In this document: piece after piece, positions 26,567-34,731 of the stretch
Layout: each line of letters starts with the position of its first letter
Position numbering within the stretch: the stretch's first letter is position 1
Assembly: GCA_964625085.1 (NCBI GenBank)
Contig: CAZVAJ010000006.1
Coordinates: 2,812-59,571 of the forward strand
Length of the DNA stretch: 56,760 nucleotides
Direction of reading: 5' to 3'
Source of the DNA: Candidatus Micrarchaeota archaeon
Lineage (GTDB): Archaea; B1Sed10-29; JAJSAI01
Translations under genes and position numbers: made by a program
The notes under the pieces: model-generated
What the model saw: the letters and a program-made list of their open reading frames with translations, nothing else
What the model was told of the DNA's origin: nothing
Database searches by the model: none

Positions 26567-26574
26567 TTTAAAAA
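26567..26574. promoter_or_regulatory. shared TATA-like element in a 48-nt divergent intergenic region
   Basis: TTTAAAAA lies 23 nt from minus-strand ATG 26543 and 17 nt from plus-strand ATG 26592. Confidence 0.4.
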
Positions 26575-26591
26575 CGTATCGTGGGATCAAA

Positions 26592-27158
26592 ATGACTGAA
26601 AGCAGTTCTGATGTAGACCAAGAGATCATGGACCTTATCAAGAAGGCAAAAGCAAGAAGAAAGCGGCTTGCTGCCGGCTCTTCTGAAGAAAAGATTCTGG
26701 AAGAGAATGTTACAAAACCTAAAGAACAGATTGTAAAACCCAAAGAACAAGAGCATGAAGGATACCGTTCAAGGTACCTTGAAAGAAGAAAAAAGCAGTC
26801 CTCAACGCCCATTGAAACAGAGGTGCATAAAACAGAAGAGTACATTCCGCCCAAGATCCCTGAAAAAATGGTGCCAGAGGAGTATACTCCTTCTGAGCTT
26901 CCTGAAGAAATAGAACAAGAGCTTGGGCTTCCTGAAAAAGAACAGACATTATCTTTGGCTGAGCAGCTTGAAGCGCTTGAAAAACCTTCTGCCAGCGCCT
27001 GCAAGTTCTGCGGTGCTCTGAACACTAAAAAGTATTACTGCCCCTACTGTGGCACGCAGTTCTGCACTTCATGCGCGAAAATGCTCGGAAAAGAAGGGGA
27101 CAAAACAGTTTACGAGTGCCCGAAGTGCAAGAAAGAAGTGTACGTGAAAGAGGATTAA
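26592..27158 (+). CDS. K/E-rich protein with C-terminal double zinc-ribbon
   Basis: Four CxxC pairs are present: 'CKFC...CPYC...CTSC...CPKC'. The N-terminal part is low-complexity, with the duplicated 'KPKEQIVKPKEQ'. Confidence 0.6.
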   Translation: MTESSSDVDQEIMDLIKKAKARRKRLAAGSSEEKILEENVTKPKEQIVKPKEQEHEGYRSRYLERRKKQSSTPIETEVHKTEEYIPPKIPEKMVPEEYTPSELPEEIEQELGLPEKEQTLSLAEQLEALEKPSASACKFCGALNTKKYYCPYCGTQFCTSCAKMLGKEGDKTVYECPKCKKEVYVKED

Positions 27159-27694
27159 ACTTCTTTTGTGACGTAAGGGAACGCGAAAATGTTATCACTC
27201 ACGTGCAGAGGAGGCCTTGCTATGTCTGCTTTCAGCCTGCCTTCCTCGTCAACCATCTTAGGAGCATAATGAAGAGCGACCACCCTGCCTATAACAAGAA
27301 CATGATCTCCTACTTTTCTTGCTTCTTCCAGATAGCATTCCAGGCTTGCAGCGCACTCTGAAAGTAAAGGGGGTCCGACTTTTTCTGATTTTTCTGTTTT
27401 TAGTCCTGCCTTTTCTATTTTTGAGGTTTCAGGATCATGTTTTCCGCCAGCTATCCAAAGCTTATCCAGCATTTTTTCTGTAGGGATGTTGACCACGAAC
27501 TCCTTTTTCCGGGTGATGTTCCAGTAAGAGTGTTTGTTCGGGCCTACTGCGATGGCCAGCAACGGGGGGTCAAAAGATACTGGAGTAACAAAAGAGAACA
27601 CTGCTACGTCAGGCCTGCCTTTTTCATCAACTGTTGTTACGAGAGCGGCTGGCCTTGGCCCTAAAACCTTGTGGTATCCTTTTGGATCAAGCAA
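27155..27694 (-). CDS. flavin reductase-like FMN-binding protein (flavoredoxin family)
   Basis: 'LGPRPAALVTTVDEKGRPDVAVFSFVTPVSFDPPLLAIAVGPNKHSYWNITRKKEFVVNIP' matches the split-barrel flavin-reductase domain pattern. Confidence 0.8.
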   Translation of the reverse strand: MLDPKGYHKVLGPRPAALVTTVDEKGRPDVAVFSFVTPVSFDPPLLAIAVGPNKHSYWNITRKKEFVVNIPTEKMLDKLWIAGGKHDPETSKIEKAGLKTEKSEKVGPPLLSECAASLECYLEEARKVGDHVLVIGRVVALHYAPKMVDEEGRLKADIARPPLHVSDNIFAFPYVTKEV

Positions 27695-27698
27695 ATTA

Positions 27699-28070
27699 TC
27701 ACCCGAATATTGCGTGAGACTTTATCTCAACTTCGAGCCCTTTTCCTTTTCCTTTATCATGCACTTCTGTTACCTGGACTTCATCCAGGTACTTTACTTG
27801 TATTCTTGCTGTAAGCAGCTCTTTCTCGTCAAATTCTCTTGGAACCGTCCTCCAGTACCCTATCTCGACTGATTTTACTTCTGCCAGTACGCCTCTTGTT
27901 CCTTTTATTATGTCCTGCTTGCTCAGGTTGGTTATGAACAGCCTGCTTTCTTTTTTTAGTTTTCCTGCTGTTGTTATATGATCTGCGCACACGAGTTCAT
28001 ACGTTTTTACTCCGTGCATCATCAGGTCTTCTATTTCATTCCAGTCTATCGCGGTTATACAAGGGACCAT
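27699..28070 (-). CDS. hypothetical soluble protein
   Basis: 123-aa ORF with good coding appearance, co-directional with its neighbours. I recognise no motif. Confidence 0.5.
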   Translation of the reverse strand: MVPCITAIDWNEIEDLMMHGVKTYELVCADHITTAGKLKKESRLFITNLSKQDIIKGTRGVLAEVKSVEIGYWRTVPREFDEKELLTARIQVKYLDEVQVTEVHDKGKGKGLEVEIKSHAIFG

Positions 28071-28076
28071 TCTAAA

Positions 28077-28814
28077 TCACCCGTATATCCCAGGGTACAA
28101 GTTCTTTTCAGCATTATCGTACCCTTTTTTGCCTTTTTCTATCTTGGCCAGCATTGTTTTCACTTTTTCTTGTATCTGGCTTGCTTCTTTCTTCAGGTCA
28201 GTGGTGTCCACTTTCACCCTTGTGACTCTTGAGAATATTTCTAGCAGGTCTGCTGCAGCTCCTGGGTCAGGTATTTTTTGCATGGTTGGGACCAGGAGTC
28301 CCATGGCATTAACATCCTCTCTTGCGCACAAGGATAGTAGTACTCCAGACACTCCGGCTGTCACTCCTTCTTCAATAGGTGTTATGCCCTCCTTTTTGAA
28401 CAGTTGAAGAACCTTATCATTGGATGCTATTCCGTAAGCGGTTTTTTTCTGAGGGGCCAGGGAAGTTATTCCTGCAAGGGAGATTACTCTCTTGACTCCC
28501 TGTTTTTTGGCAAGGTCAACAAGATTTCTTGAAAGAGGGTATATTGTTTGGCTTGGCACCACGAACTCTGAGAGGAGCACGCTTATTTTTGTTTTAGGGT
28601 CAGCGTACATTCTTACTGGGAACATTGGTTTTCCTTTTAGTATTACTGATACTGGCGCGAACTGATCGCTTTCCACATATCCTATGTCTTTCATGTTCAG
28701 CTTTTCCACAAGATGGCCTGCTGCGATGGTGGCAATCCACCCGATTCCTGGAAAACCTTCTACCAGCGTGTACCCTCTTAAGCTGACTTTTTTGTCCAGT
28801 CTTATCTCTAACAT
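28077..28814 (-). CDS. PAC2-family protein (proteasome-assembly-chaperone-like)
   Basis: The N-terminus 'LRGYTLVEGFPGIGWIATIAAGHLVEKLNMKDIGYVESDQFAP' is typical of the PAC2 family. CTTTTAAAA lies 22 nt upstream of the ATG. Confidence 0.7.
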   Translation of the reverse strand: MLEIRLDKKVSLRGYTLVEGFPGIGWIATIAAGHLVEKLNMKDIGYVESDQFAPVSVILKGKPMFPVRMYADPKTKISVLLSEFVVPSQTIYPLSRNLVDLAKKQGVKRVISLAGITSLAPQKKTAYGIASNDKVLQLFKKEGITPIEEGVTAGVSGVLLSLCAREDVNAMGLLVPTMQKIPDPGAAADLLEIFSRVTRVKVDTTDLKKEASQIQEKVKTMLAKIEKGKKGYDNAEKNLYPGIYG

Positions 28815-28855
28815 GGTCCTTCAAAGGAAGTTCCTGTTTTAAAAGCTTTGGCTGG

Positions 28856-29635
28856 TTACAAAAGCCGGGCAGTCAGGCTTATCCTGAACACAGACAGGGA
28901 TAATGGAACGAGAACGCTTGAGTACACTAGTATTCTTTCTTTTTCAGCGCCTGCGAGGAAAATTGAAACGAGCACAGCAAGTATGGGAATGTACAGCTGG
29001 TTAGCTTCAAGAAGGGCTTGCTTCATTATCATTTTCTCCTGTTGTCCCATTCCCATCCCCCGCAGTCCTGTAATGTCCAGGCTGGACACGGTTGAGAACG
29101 TCATGCCAAGAAGCCCTGGGATGAGGAGCCCTGAAGCTATAAGAAGCGTGTATTTTTCCACCAGAATGCTCGCGTTTTTTTCGCCCTCAAGCCTTGAATC
29201 CTCAAGCGCGTTCTCTGCAGCGTCTTTAATTACTTCAGACACCCTGTCTCCCTTTTCGTAGCACGCTTTAAGTAGTCTCACTTCCTTTTCTGACCACGGG
29301 TTGTCCTCTTTCATCTTTTCCAGCGCTCTACTCACGCTTTCTCCTCTTTCAATCCTCCTGACCACTTTCGCAAGTTCTCTGGAAAACTCTCCTTTTCTCT
29401 TGCACGCTTCTTTCAATGTCTTTTCGAACGGAAGGAATGTGGAAAGGACTGAAAAATGGTACATGACAACAGGAGCATCTTTTTTCATCCTTGTTTTTTT
29501 CTGCGCCTTCTTGTATTCTGGGAAGAACAGGAACACTGCAGAAGATGTCATGATAAAAGGTGCTGCGTACGGGTCAAGCAGAATAAGGGAAGAAACCCCT
29601 ATACAGAACAGCAGGACTGTTTTTTTCCACATCAT
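28856..29635 (-). CDS. TadC/T2SSF-like membrane protein
   Basis: 259 aa. An N-terminal TM is followed by a cytoplasmic helical region ('FSRELAKVVRRIERGESVSRALEKM...LLKACYEKGDRVSEVIKDAAENA'), then 2-3 TM helices. ATGA overlap with the upstream gene. Confidence 0.5.
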   Translation of the reverse strand: MMWKKTVLLFCIGVSSLILLDPYAAPFIMTSSAVFLFFPEYKKAQKKTRMKKDAPVVMYHFSVLSTFLPFEKTLKEACKRKGEFSRELAKVVRRIERGESVSRALEKMKEDNPWSEKEVRLLKACYEKGDRVSEVIKDAAENALEDSRLEGEKNASILVEKYTLLIASGLLIPGLLGMTFSTVSSLDITGLRGMGMGQQEKMIMKQALLEANQLYIPILAVLVSIFLAGAEKERILVYSSVLVPLSLSVFRISLTARLL

Positions 29636-30195
29636 CCCGGCCTCTTTATTATTGCGAGCAGTACAGAGAACGCGCTCAGGGCAGGAAACCCTACCACTGT
29701 TATTAGGAACGCTTGTTCTGGGCTTATGCTTATGTCCATGAACGAGGAGCCTATTATCAGAAAGCTTTCGAACATCGCGGGCAGGACTGCGGCAGAAACC
29801 ACGAAAAACAAGGAGTACATGATCATCTTGCTGTTGTACTCTTTCACCTTGTTCTGCCTTTCTCTTGAAATGTTTTTCGCGAGTGCGGCAAGATTTTCTG
29901 AAGTTCCAGTGTAGTATGTTCGCGCGAGCTCATCACATGCTCTTGAGAAGTACTCTGAAGGAGAATTGTTTTTCTCTTGCGCCAGGCTCTCGTGCGCCTT
30001 TTCACCCTTTCTTATTCTGAGCGCCGCGCGCTTGAGCCTTTCTCCTGCAGCTCCTGGAACACTTTCAAGCACGCGCTCGAAACTTTCTCCAGAGACGAGC
30101 AGTGCATGAACCAGCAGTAGGCAGGACGCTGTTTCTGAATCAAGCGCTTTTTCCTCTTTAAAGCGTTTAATTTTTTCTGCCAAAAGAGATATCAT
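29632..30195 (-). CDS. TadB/T2SSF-like membrane protein
   Basis: A helical cytoplasmic region is followed by C-terminal TM helices ('MIMYSLFFVVSAAVLPAMF', 'AFLITVVGFPALSAFSVLLAII'). The first ATG is at 30195 ('MISLLAEK'). The longest ORF starts at TTG 30240. Either start overlaps the 3' end of the ATPase gene. Confidence 0.45.
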   Translation of the reverse strand: MISLLAEKIKRFKEEKALDSETASCLLLVHALLVSGESFERVLESVPGAAGERLKRAALRIRKGEKAHESLAQEKNNSPSEYFSRACDELARTYYTGTSENLAALAKNISRERQNKVKEYNSKMIMYSLFFVVSAAVLPAMFESFLIIGSSFMDISISPEQAFLITVVGFPALSAFSVLLAIIKRPG

Positions 30196-31849
30196 CTGCT
30201 TTCCAAGAGTACTCTCTGAATTCAAGCATGCTGTCTTCAATAAAACTCACCTTTTCCTTGTCCTGCTTTTTACCCTGCAGGTTTTTCAGGGTCTTGTTCT
30301 GGTATGCGAACACAGGAGCGTAACCTTCTTCAGTAATTTCTCCTATCTCTGTAACCTTCCTTAGATCCTCTCCTGTTTCGTAGTCTGTCCACCTGTTCTG
30401 GCAGACTATTATGTTAAAACAGGGAATGGCTTCTTCACCTACCCCCAGGCTTTTGAGCCTTTGTACTGCCTGTTTACCTGTCTGCGCGTGGAACGTTGCA
30501 AAACTGCTCTTCCCTTGTCCTGCAAGCATTGTGTCAACCAGTGCTTCCACTTCTTTCTTGTCTCTTACTTCTCCCACTACAACGCGGTCAGGCCGCATCC
30601 TTAAAGTGTCTGTCACGAGCTGGCTCATACTAATCCCTGCTTCTGGAGCGCACGTTAGCCGAACAACATGCTCGTGCGGGGGCGTGACTTCAGGGGTTTC
30701 TTCTACCACTATAATCCGTTCTCTGACCGGCACAAAGCACAGGAGGGCGTTGAGTGTTGTTGTTTTTCCTGAGCCTGTGCTCCCTGAAACAAGAACGTTT
30801 TTGTCTTCAAGTATTTTTTCCCAGAGCCATGCTAGTGCTTCTGGGGTTATTGTTTGGTTTCTGGCCAGGTTAGAAGGAGTTAAGGGCTTTTCTTTGAATT
30901 TTCTTATGGTTAACACTATTCCTTCCTTGCTCACAGGAAACTGCGCAGCGTGCAATCGTCCCAGGGGAATGTTCGCGTTAAGCCGCGGGCTTTTTGCAGA
31001 AAGCCGTCTACCCAGAGGCATTGCCATTTTGTTTGCGATGTCAGTGATCTTCTGGTTTGACGTGAACCATATGTTTGTATCCAGCCACTGGTGCACATTA
31101 TGGTACACCCTGACAGGCTGTTCGGTTCCATTTACCGCGATCTCTTCTATTTCCGGGTCTGAGATAAGTTCTGACAAGATAGAATACCCTTCCAGCTCTT
31201 TTCTTATTTCGTTAGCTAGGAATGGTTTTGTTTCTTCTGACAGCTTGACTCCTATGCTCTCGCAGTAGTCTTCAAGGTCAGCTTCCACATCAAACTCAGG
31301 ATCATCTAATCTTTCTTGCAGCAGTCCGTGCACTACCCTTGCTTCTTCAAGCCACGGTTCTCTTCCCCTGACAACGTACCTTTTCCGGTTTTTTCTGTCA
31401 ATGCAGATGATGTTCTTGTTTTCTTCTAAGACACTGGTCCACCTGACCCTCCTTTTTTCGTATCCCAGCAGGCTGTCCAGCATCTTCTTCTCTTCTTTTG
31501 ATGGCAGGATATGAAGCGCGTTGTATGGGCATGCGTTTATGCACTTCGGAAAACCGTGGTCAGAGCACAGGTCGCACTTTACTGCTTTCCCTTCTTTGAT
31601 GATTATCGCGTTAAGAGGGCAGGCGTCAGCGCATGCTCCGCACCCATTGCATTTTTCTGAGATTATGGATGGAGTGCTTCCGGCCAGCTGGATCGCATTC
31701 CTTTGGCACGCGGAGGTGCATTCAAGTTGGCATGCGCTGGGATCGCATCTTATGATTGTTTTAAACTCTTCGAAAGAATCTGTTTTCGGGCAGGAGCTTG
31801 CGCATGAACCGCATTCAACGCAGTCTTTTTTTGTTCTCCTTATGTGCAT
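30167..31849 (-). CDS. secretion/filament ATPase (CpaF/VirB11-like) with N-terminal poly-ferredoxin (4Fe-4S) module
   Basis: ATPase core motifs: Walker A 'VSGSTGSGKTTTLNAL', 'IIVVEETPEV', Walker B 'VVVGEVRDKKE' and 'ATFHAQT'.

The N-terminal ~115 aa carry four Cys clusters:
- 'CVECGSCASSCP'
- 'CDPSACQLECTSAC'
- 'CNGCGACADACP'
- 'CDLCSDHGFPKCINACP'. Confidence 0.85.
   Translation of the reverse strand: MHIRRTKKDCVECGSCASSCPKTDSFEEFKTIIRCDPSACQLECTSACQRNAIQLAGSTPSIISEKCNGCGACADACPLNAIIIKEGKAVKCDLCSDHGFPKCINACPYNALHILPSKEEKKMLDSLLGYEKRRVRWTSVLEENKNIICIDRKNRKRYVVRGREPWLEEARVVHGLLQERLDDPEFDVEADLEDYCESIGVKLSEETKPFLANEIRKELEGYSILSELISDPEIEEIAVNGTEQPVRVYHNVHQWLDTNIWFTSNQKITDIANKMAMPLGRRLSAKSPRLNANIPLGRLHAAQFPVSKEGIVLTIRKFKEKPLTPSNLARNQTITPEALAWLWEKILEDKNVLVSGSTGSGKTTTLNALLCFVPVRERIIVVEETPEVTPPHEHVVRLTCAPEAGISMSQLVTDTLRMRPDRVVVGEVRDKKEVEALVDTMLAGQGKSSFATFHAQTGKQAVQRLKSLGVGEEAIPCFNIIVCQNRWTDYETGEDLRKVTEIGEITEEGYAPVFAYQNKTLKNLQGKKQDKEKVSFIEDSMLEFREYSWKADDISFGRKN
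31505..31849 (-). other. ferredoxin-like Fe-S domain region of the ATPase
   Basis: Two canonical CxxCxxCxxxCP motifs plus two variant four-Cys motifs lie within the first ~115 codons. Confidence 0.7.
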
Positions 31850-31892
31850 TGTTGGTTGTTATCATTCTGTTCAAGATATCCTGCGCCCAGAA

Positions 31893-32231
31893 TTATCCTG
31901 GTTTTATCCCGTTTATACTCACTTTCTCACCTATCCGCAGGTTTTTTGATTTTCCTGCAGGAAACTCCAGAAGGTACTTGGCAGGTTTTTTCGGGGACAG
32001 GTTCGGGGTGAATGGCTTTATGTTCTGTTTTATGTCAACCACTTTCATGTTCTCATCTAACCACACTGCGTCAAAAGGGAAGAAGACGAAAAAGGAGTGT
32101 ATGCTGTTGGCCAGTCTTGCTTTTCGGTTGAAGATGAACAGCAAGGGCTTTTCATGTTTTCTTCTGAACATTAATCCTCTTGCCTTTTTCCAGACAGTGT
32201 TGCACAACTCATAGTCTTTGATCATCTTCAA
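31893..32231 (-). CDS. DUF192-family protein
   Basis: The DUF192 pattern is present: 'ARGLMFRRK..PLLFIF....IHSFFVFFPFDAVWLDENMKVVDI....KPAKYLLEFPAG...RIGEKV'. Confidence 0.65.
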   Translation of the reverse strand: MKMIKDYELCNTVWKKARGLMFRRKHEKPLLFIFNRKARLANSIHSFFVFFPFDAVWLDENMKVVDIKQNIKPFTPNLSPKKPAKYLLEFPAGKSKNLRIGEKVSINGIKPG

Positions 32232-32238
32232 GGTTTAC

Positions 32239-32643
32239 TCACTTCCAGCATACTCTTGCTTTTCCTGAGATAATTTTGGTGTTGTCTGATAAGCTTATGT
32301 TGAAGAGGGTTTCGGTGGTGCAGTCTGAGTCACAGTTGTAGTACCCGTCGCACTCTCCTGATATTGTTCCGGTAGAGTACGCCATGTTAAGGCCAAGGCC
32401 TTTTCCTTCAGCATACCATTCAGAGTACTGGATCCAGTCAGAGAGGAGGGTTGTATTGTTAGGGTCTATTCTGGCAGCGTAGACCGCTTCTCTTTTTATC
32501 TCCTGGAACACGCTTTCCACGATGCTTGTCTTTTCTATTCTTTCGTTCGTCCGGTGGTATGAAGGATAGTACAGCACGGCAATACTGGCGAGTAGTGCTG
32601 CAATCATGTACGCCGAGATTATGTAGAACTGTCCTTTTTTCAT
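32239..32643 (-). CDS. prepilin-like protein (KGQ type)
   Basis: Starting at ATG 32643 (ATGA overlap with the upstream stop) the N-terminus is 'MKKGQFYIISAYMIAALLASIAVLYY'. The C-terminal part is Cys-containing. Confidence 0.6.
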   Translation of the reverse strand: MKKGQFYIISAYMIAALLASIAVLYYPSYHRTNERIEKTSIVESVFQEIKREAVYAARIDPNNTTLLSDWIQYSEWYAEGKGLGLNMAYSTGTISGECDGYYNCDSDCTTETLFNISLSDNTKIISGKARVCWK

Positions 32644-33062
32644 TTGTTCCACACCACCACCAGAAGTCTTCTTGGAGCATAGGTTCTGTTAGTGCTGTTT
32701 ACTATCTCTCCTGAGACGAGAAGGGAGTGGGTTGCAAGCGTTTTGTTCAGAGGGATCGCGTTCCCTAATTCTGTTACTACGCTGTCAATCGCGTGTCCAG
32801 AGGAGGTTGAGTAAAGAGTAACATGGTAGTCTATGTCTTCTGGGATCATGCTGCTTGGTATGGGTGCTATGTTCCCGTTGATAATGTCCTGCCTGTGAGC
32901 GTTATAAGCGAGTGCTATCCTTTTTGCGTTGTCGTACAGCCTTGCTGTGTTAGCAGGGTCAGCGTACCTTGGGCTGTTGTTTATTTGTAGTGTTCCTATT
33001 ACTGTGAAAAGGAGGGTTAGGGCAAGGAACAGTTCTATCATTCTGAAAAAGCCTTTCACCAT
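32640..33062 (-). CDS. prepilin-like protein
   Basis: Starting at ATG 33062 the N-terminus is 'MVKGFFRMIELFLALTLLFTVIGTL'. The longest ORF (33176) would overlap the upstream gene by 121 nt. Confidence 0.55.
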   Translation of the reverse strand: MVKGFFRMIELFLALTLLFTVIGTLQINNSPRYADPANTARLYDNAKRIALAYNAHRQDIINGNIAPIPSSMIPEDIDYHVTLYSTSSGHAIDSVVTELGNAIPLNKTLATHSLLVSGEIVNSTNRTYAPRRLLVVVWNK

Positions 33063-33526
33063 ACCCACTCCTCCACTACCCCTGTCTGGTTTCCTACGCT
33101 TACCGTGCGCAGGATATGTCTTCTTGTTCCTGTCAGGCTTGTGCCAGGAGTGCACTGCACTGTTTTTCCAGCCCATTCTATCCTGATCATTATCTCGTTT
33201 TCTGTGAGTCCTGCCTTTCTCGCGAGCATGGTGCAGTTCGTGTTGTTAATGGCCATTGCTTTTTCAGGGTCTATCACTCCAGGCAGGGTCTGATTGTAGT
33301 ACGCAGCCAGCCCGAATGAGGTCATGCTGGAGACGTCTGTCCAGTTTCTTGGTGATCCCGGGGTGTTCAAGGTAACGTGTTCAAGGTACCTCATTTCTTG
33401 GGCGTACTGGTCTGGGATTTCTCTGTACGCTTGCACAAAATAAGGCGTGATGTAGAATATGCTTGCGTATGCGGTTAGGAAGAGTGTTATGCTGAGAAGA
33501 AAGTCATAGTTTATTACTCCGGGCAT
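33056..33526 (-). CDS. N-terminally anchored, possibly prepilin-like protein
   Basis: The N-terminus is 'MPGVINYDFLLSITLFLTAYASIFYI' (G followed by a hydrophobic helix). It lies directly after the platform genes. Confidence 0.45.
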   Translation of the reverse strand: MPGVINYDFLLSITLFLTAYASIFYITPYFVQAYREIPDQYAQEMRYLEHVTLNTPGSPRNWTDVSSMTSFGLAAYYNQTLPGVIDPEKAMAINNTNCTMLARKAGLTENEIMIRIEWAGKTVQCTPGTSLTGTRRHILRTVSVGNQTGVVEEWVW

Positions 33527-33531
33527 CTTTT

Positions 33532-34731
33532 TTAGCCTCCCGCGTCCTCGATCATTATGTTATACCCGTTTCCTGTGTTGTATATGCTGTACTTTACTTT
33601 GCTCGGTTTTTTCACTATAATGCTATCTTCACTGACTATTAGGTCCCCCTTATTGCAGGGGGTGCACGACCTGTACGTGAATTTTATCATGTCAGGGGTG
33701 AGCGACCGGAACTCAGCAGCGTTTTTTTCTTCAGCCACTCTTTTGACTTCCCTTGCCACGTCCACATTGGTCACGTCTGCAGTGAACGTGTACACGATGT
33801 CTTTTGCACTGCTTCCAGCCGCTCCTGGTGGGATGAGCAGGATCTCGTTTGCTACTTTTGACTGGAAGGGTTCTGCAACTACTAAGAACTGGAACGCGAG
33901 TATGGTAACGATCACCAGTATTACAGAGTGTTTTATTCCTGCGATTATGCTCGCTTCTCCCATCTGCCCGCTTATCAGGCCTGCGAAAAATGCTTCTATT
34001 AAACAGAGGTGGAAGTACACTGTCCTGAAGTCTTCTTCGCTCATTGGGACTCCTCCGCCTCTTCCGAGTATTGCGGACACGCTTTGCAGTTGTGGTGTTG
34101 CCGGAAGAAATGTTTTGGTGAGTATGAGTATGATTCCCAGGAACAGGAAAAAGATGAAGTACGTGGATATGATGTATACGCTTAGCTTGCTTTTTCTTTC
34201 CATTTCAAGTTCCTTAAGTGTTTTCACGTCTGTTGAAACTGTTTCTAGTACTGTTGCTATCTCTCCTCCTGACTGATAGCTTTCAACAATGATCATGAGC
34301 GCTTGTTTTACTAGCTTGCTTTTCGTTTTTTTAGCGTATCTTGTTAATGCTTCTGGCATTGAGATTCCCCAGCTTAACTGGGCAGCGATTTTTCTCATGT
34401 CTTTTGATAGTGGGCCGTAGTCTCCTTGACTTGCGTTGTAAAACGCTGTCGGAAGGGTCATTCCTGCTCTAACTGATTCTGACACGTCCCTTAAGAAGTC
34501 AGGGAGGTAAACTTCTATCTTTTTTATCTTTGAGTACTCCAGGTAGTATGTTAGGAGTATCGGAAGCACGGACACGAGAGCGCCTGTAACCAACAGGCCC
34601 TGGTAGTAGAAGGTGTACTGGAACGCGGTCATGGCCAGGACTATAAGAAATATTCCTACTCCTGTTAGCAGGTACATTGGGGAGATCTCTTTTCCCGCAA
34701 GACTCATTTTCTTGAATGGTATCATTTTCAC
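33532..34731 (-). CDS. FlaJ/TadC-type platform protein, second half, with ~110-aa soluble C-terminal extension
   Basis: T2SSF-like domain 'LPDFLRDVSESVRAGMTLPTAFYNASQGDYGPLSKDMRKIAAQLSWGISMPEALTRYAKK...IVESYQSGGEIATVLETV' plus TM helices. ATGA overlap with the preceding half. Confidence 0.7.
   Translation of the reverse strand: MKMIPFKKMSLAGKEISPMYLLTGVGIFLIVLAMTAFQYTFYYQGLLVTGALVSVLPILLTYYLEYSKIKKIEVYLPDFLRDVSESVRAGMTLPTAFYNASQGDYGPLSKDMRKIAAQLSWGISMPEALTRYAKKTKSKLVKQALMIIVESYQSGGEIATVLETVSTDVKTLKELEMERKSKLSVYIISTYFIFFLFLGIILILTKTFLPATPQLQSVSAILGRGGGVPMSEEDFRTVYFHLCLIEAFFAGLISGQMGEASIIAGIKHSVILVIVTILAFQFLVVAEPFQSKVANEILLIPPGAAGSSAKDIVYTFTADVTNVDVAREVKRVAEEKNAAEFRSLTPDMIKFTYRSCTPCNKGDLIVSEDSIIVKKPSKVKYSIYNTGNGYNIMIEDAGG

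Noticed and set aside
26561-27025. 154-aa minus-strand ORF opposite the Zn-ribbon gene.
   Set aside because: The translation is Ser/Cys/Phe-rich low complexity. The plus-strand frame carries four CxxC pairs and a promoter-like context, so the plus-strand gene is preferred.
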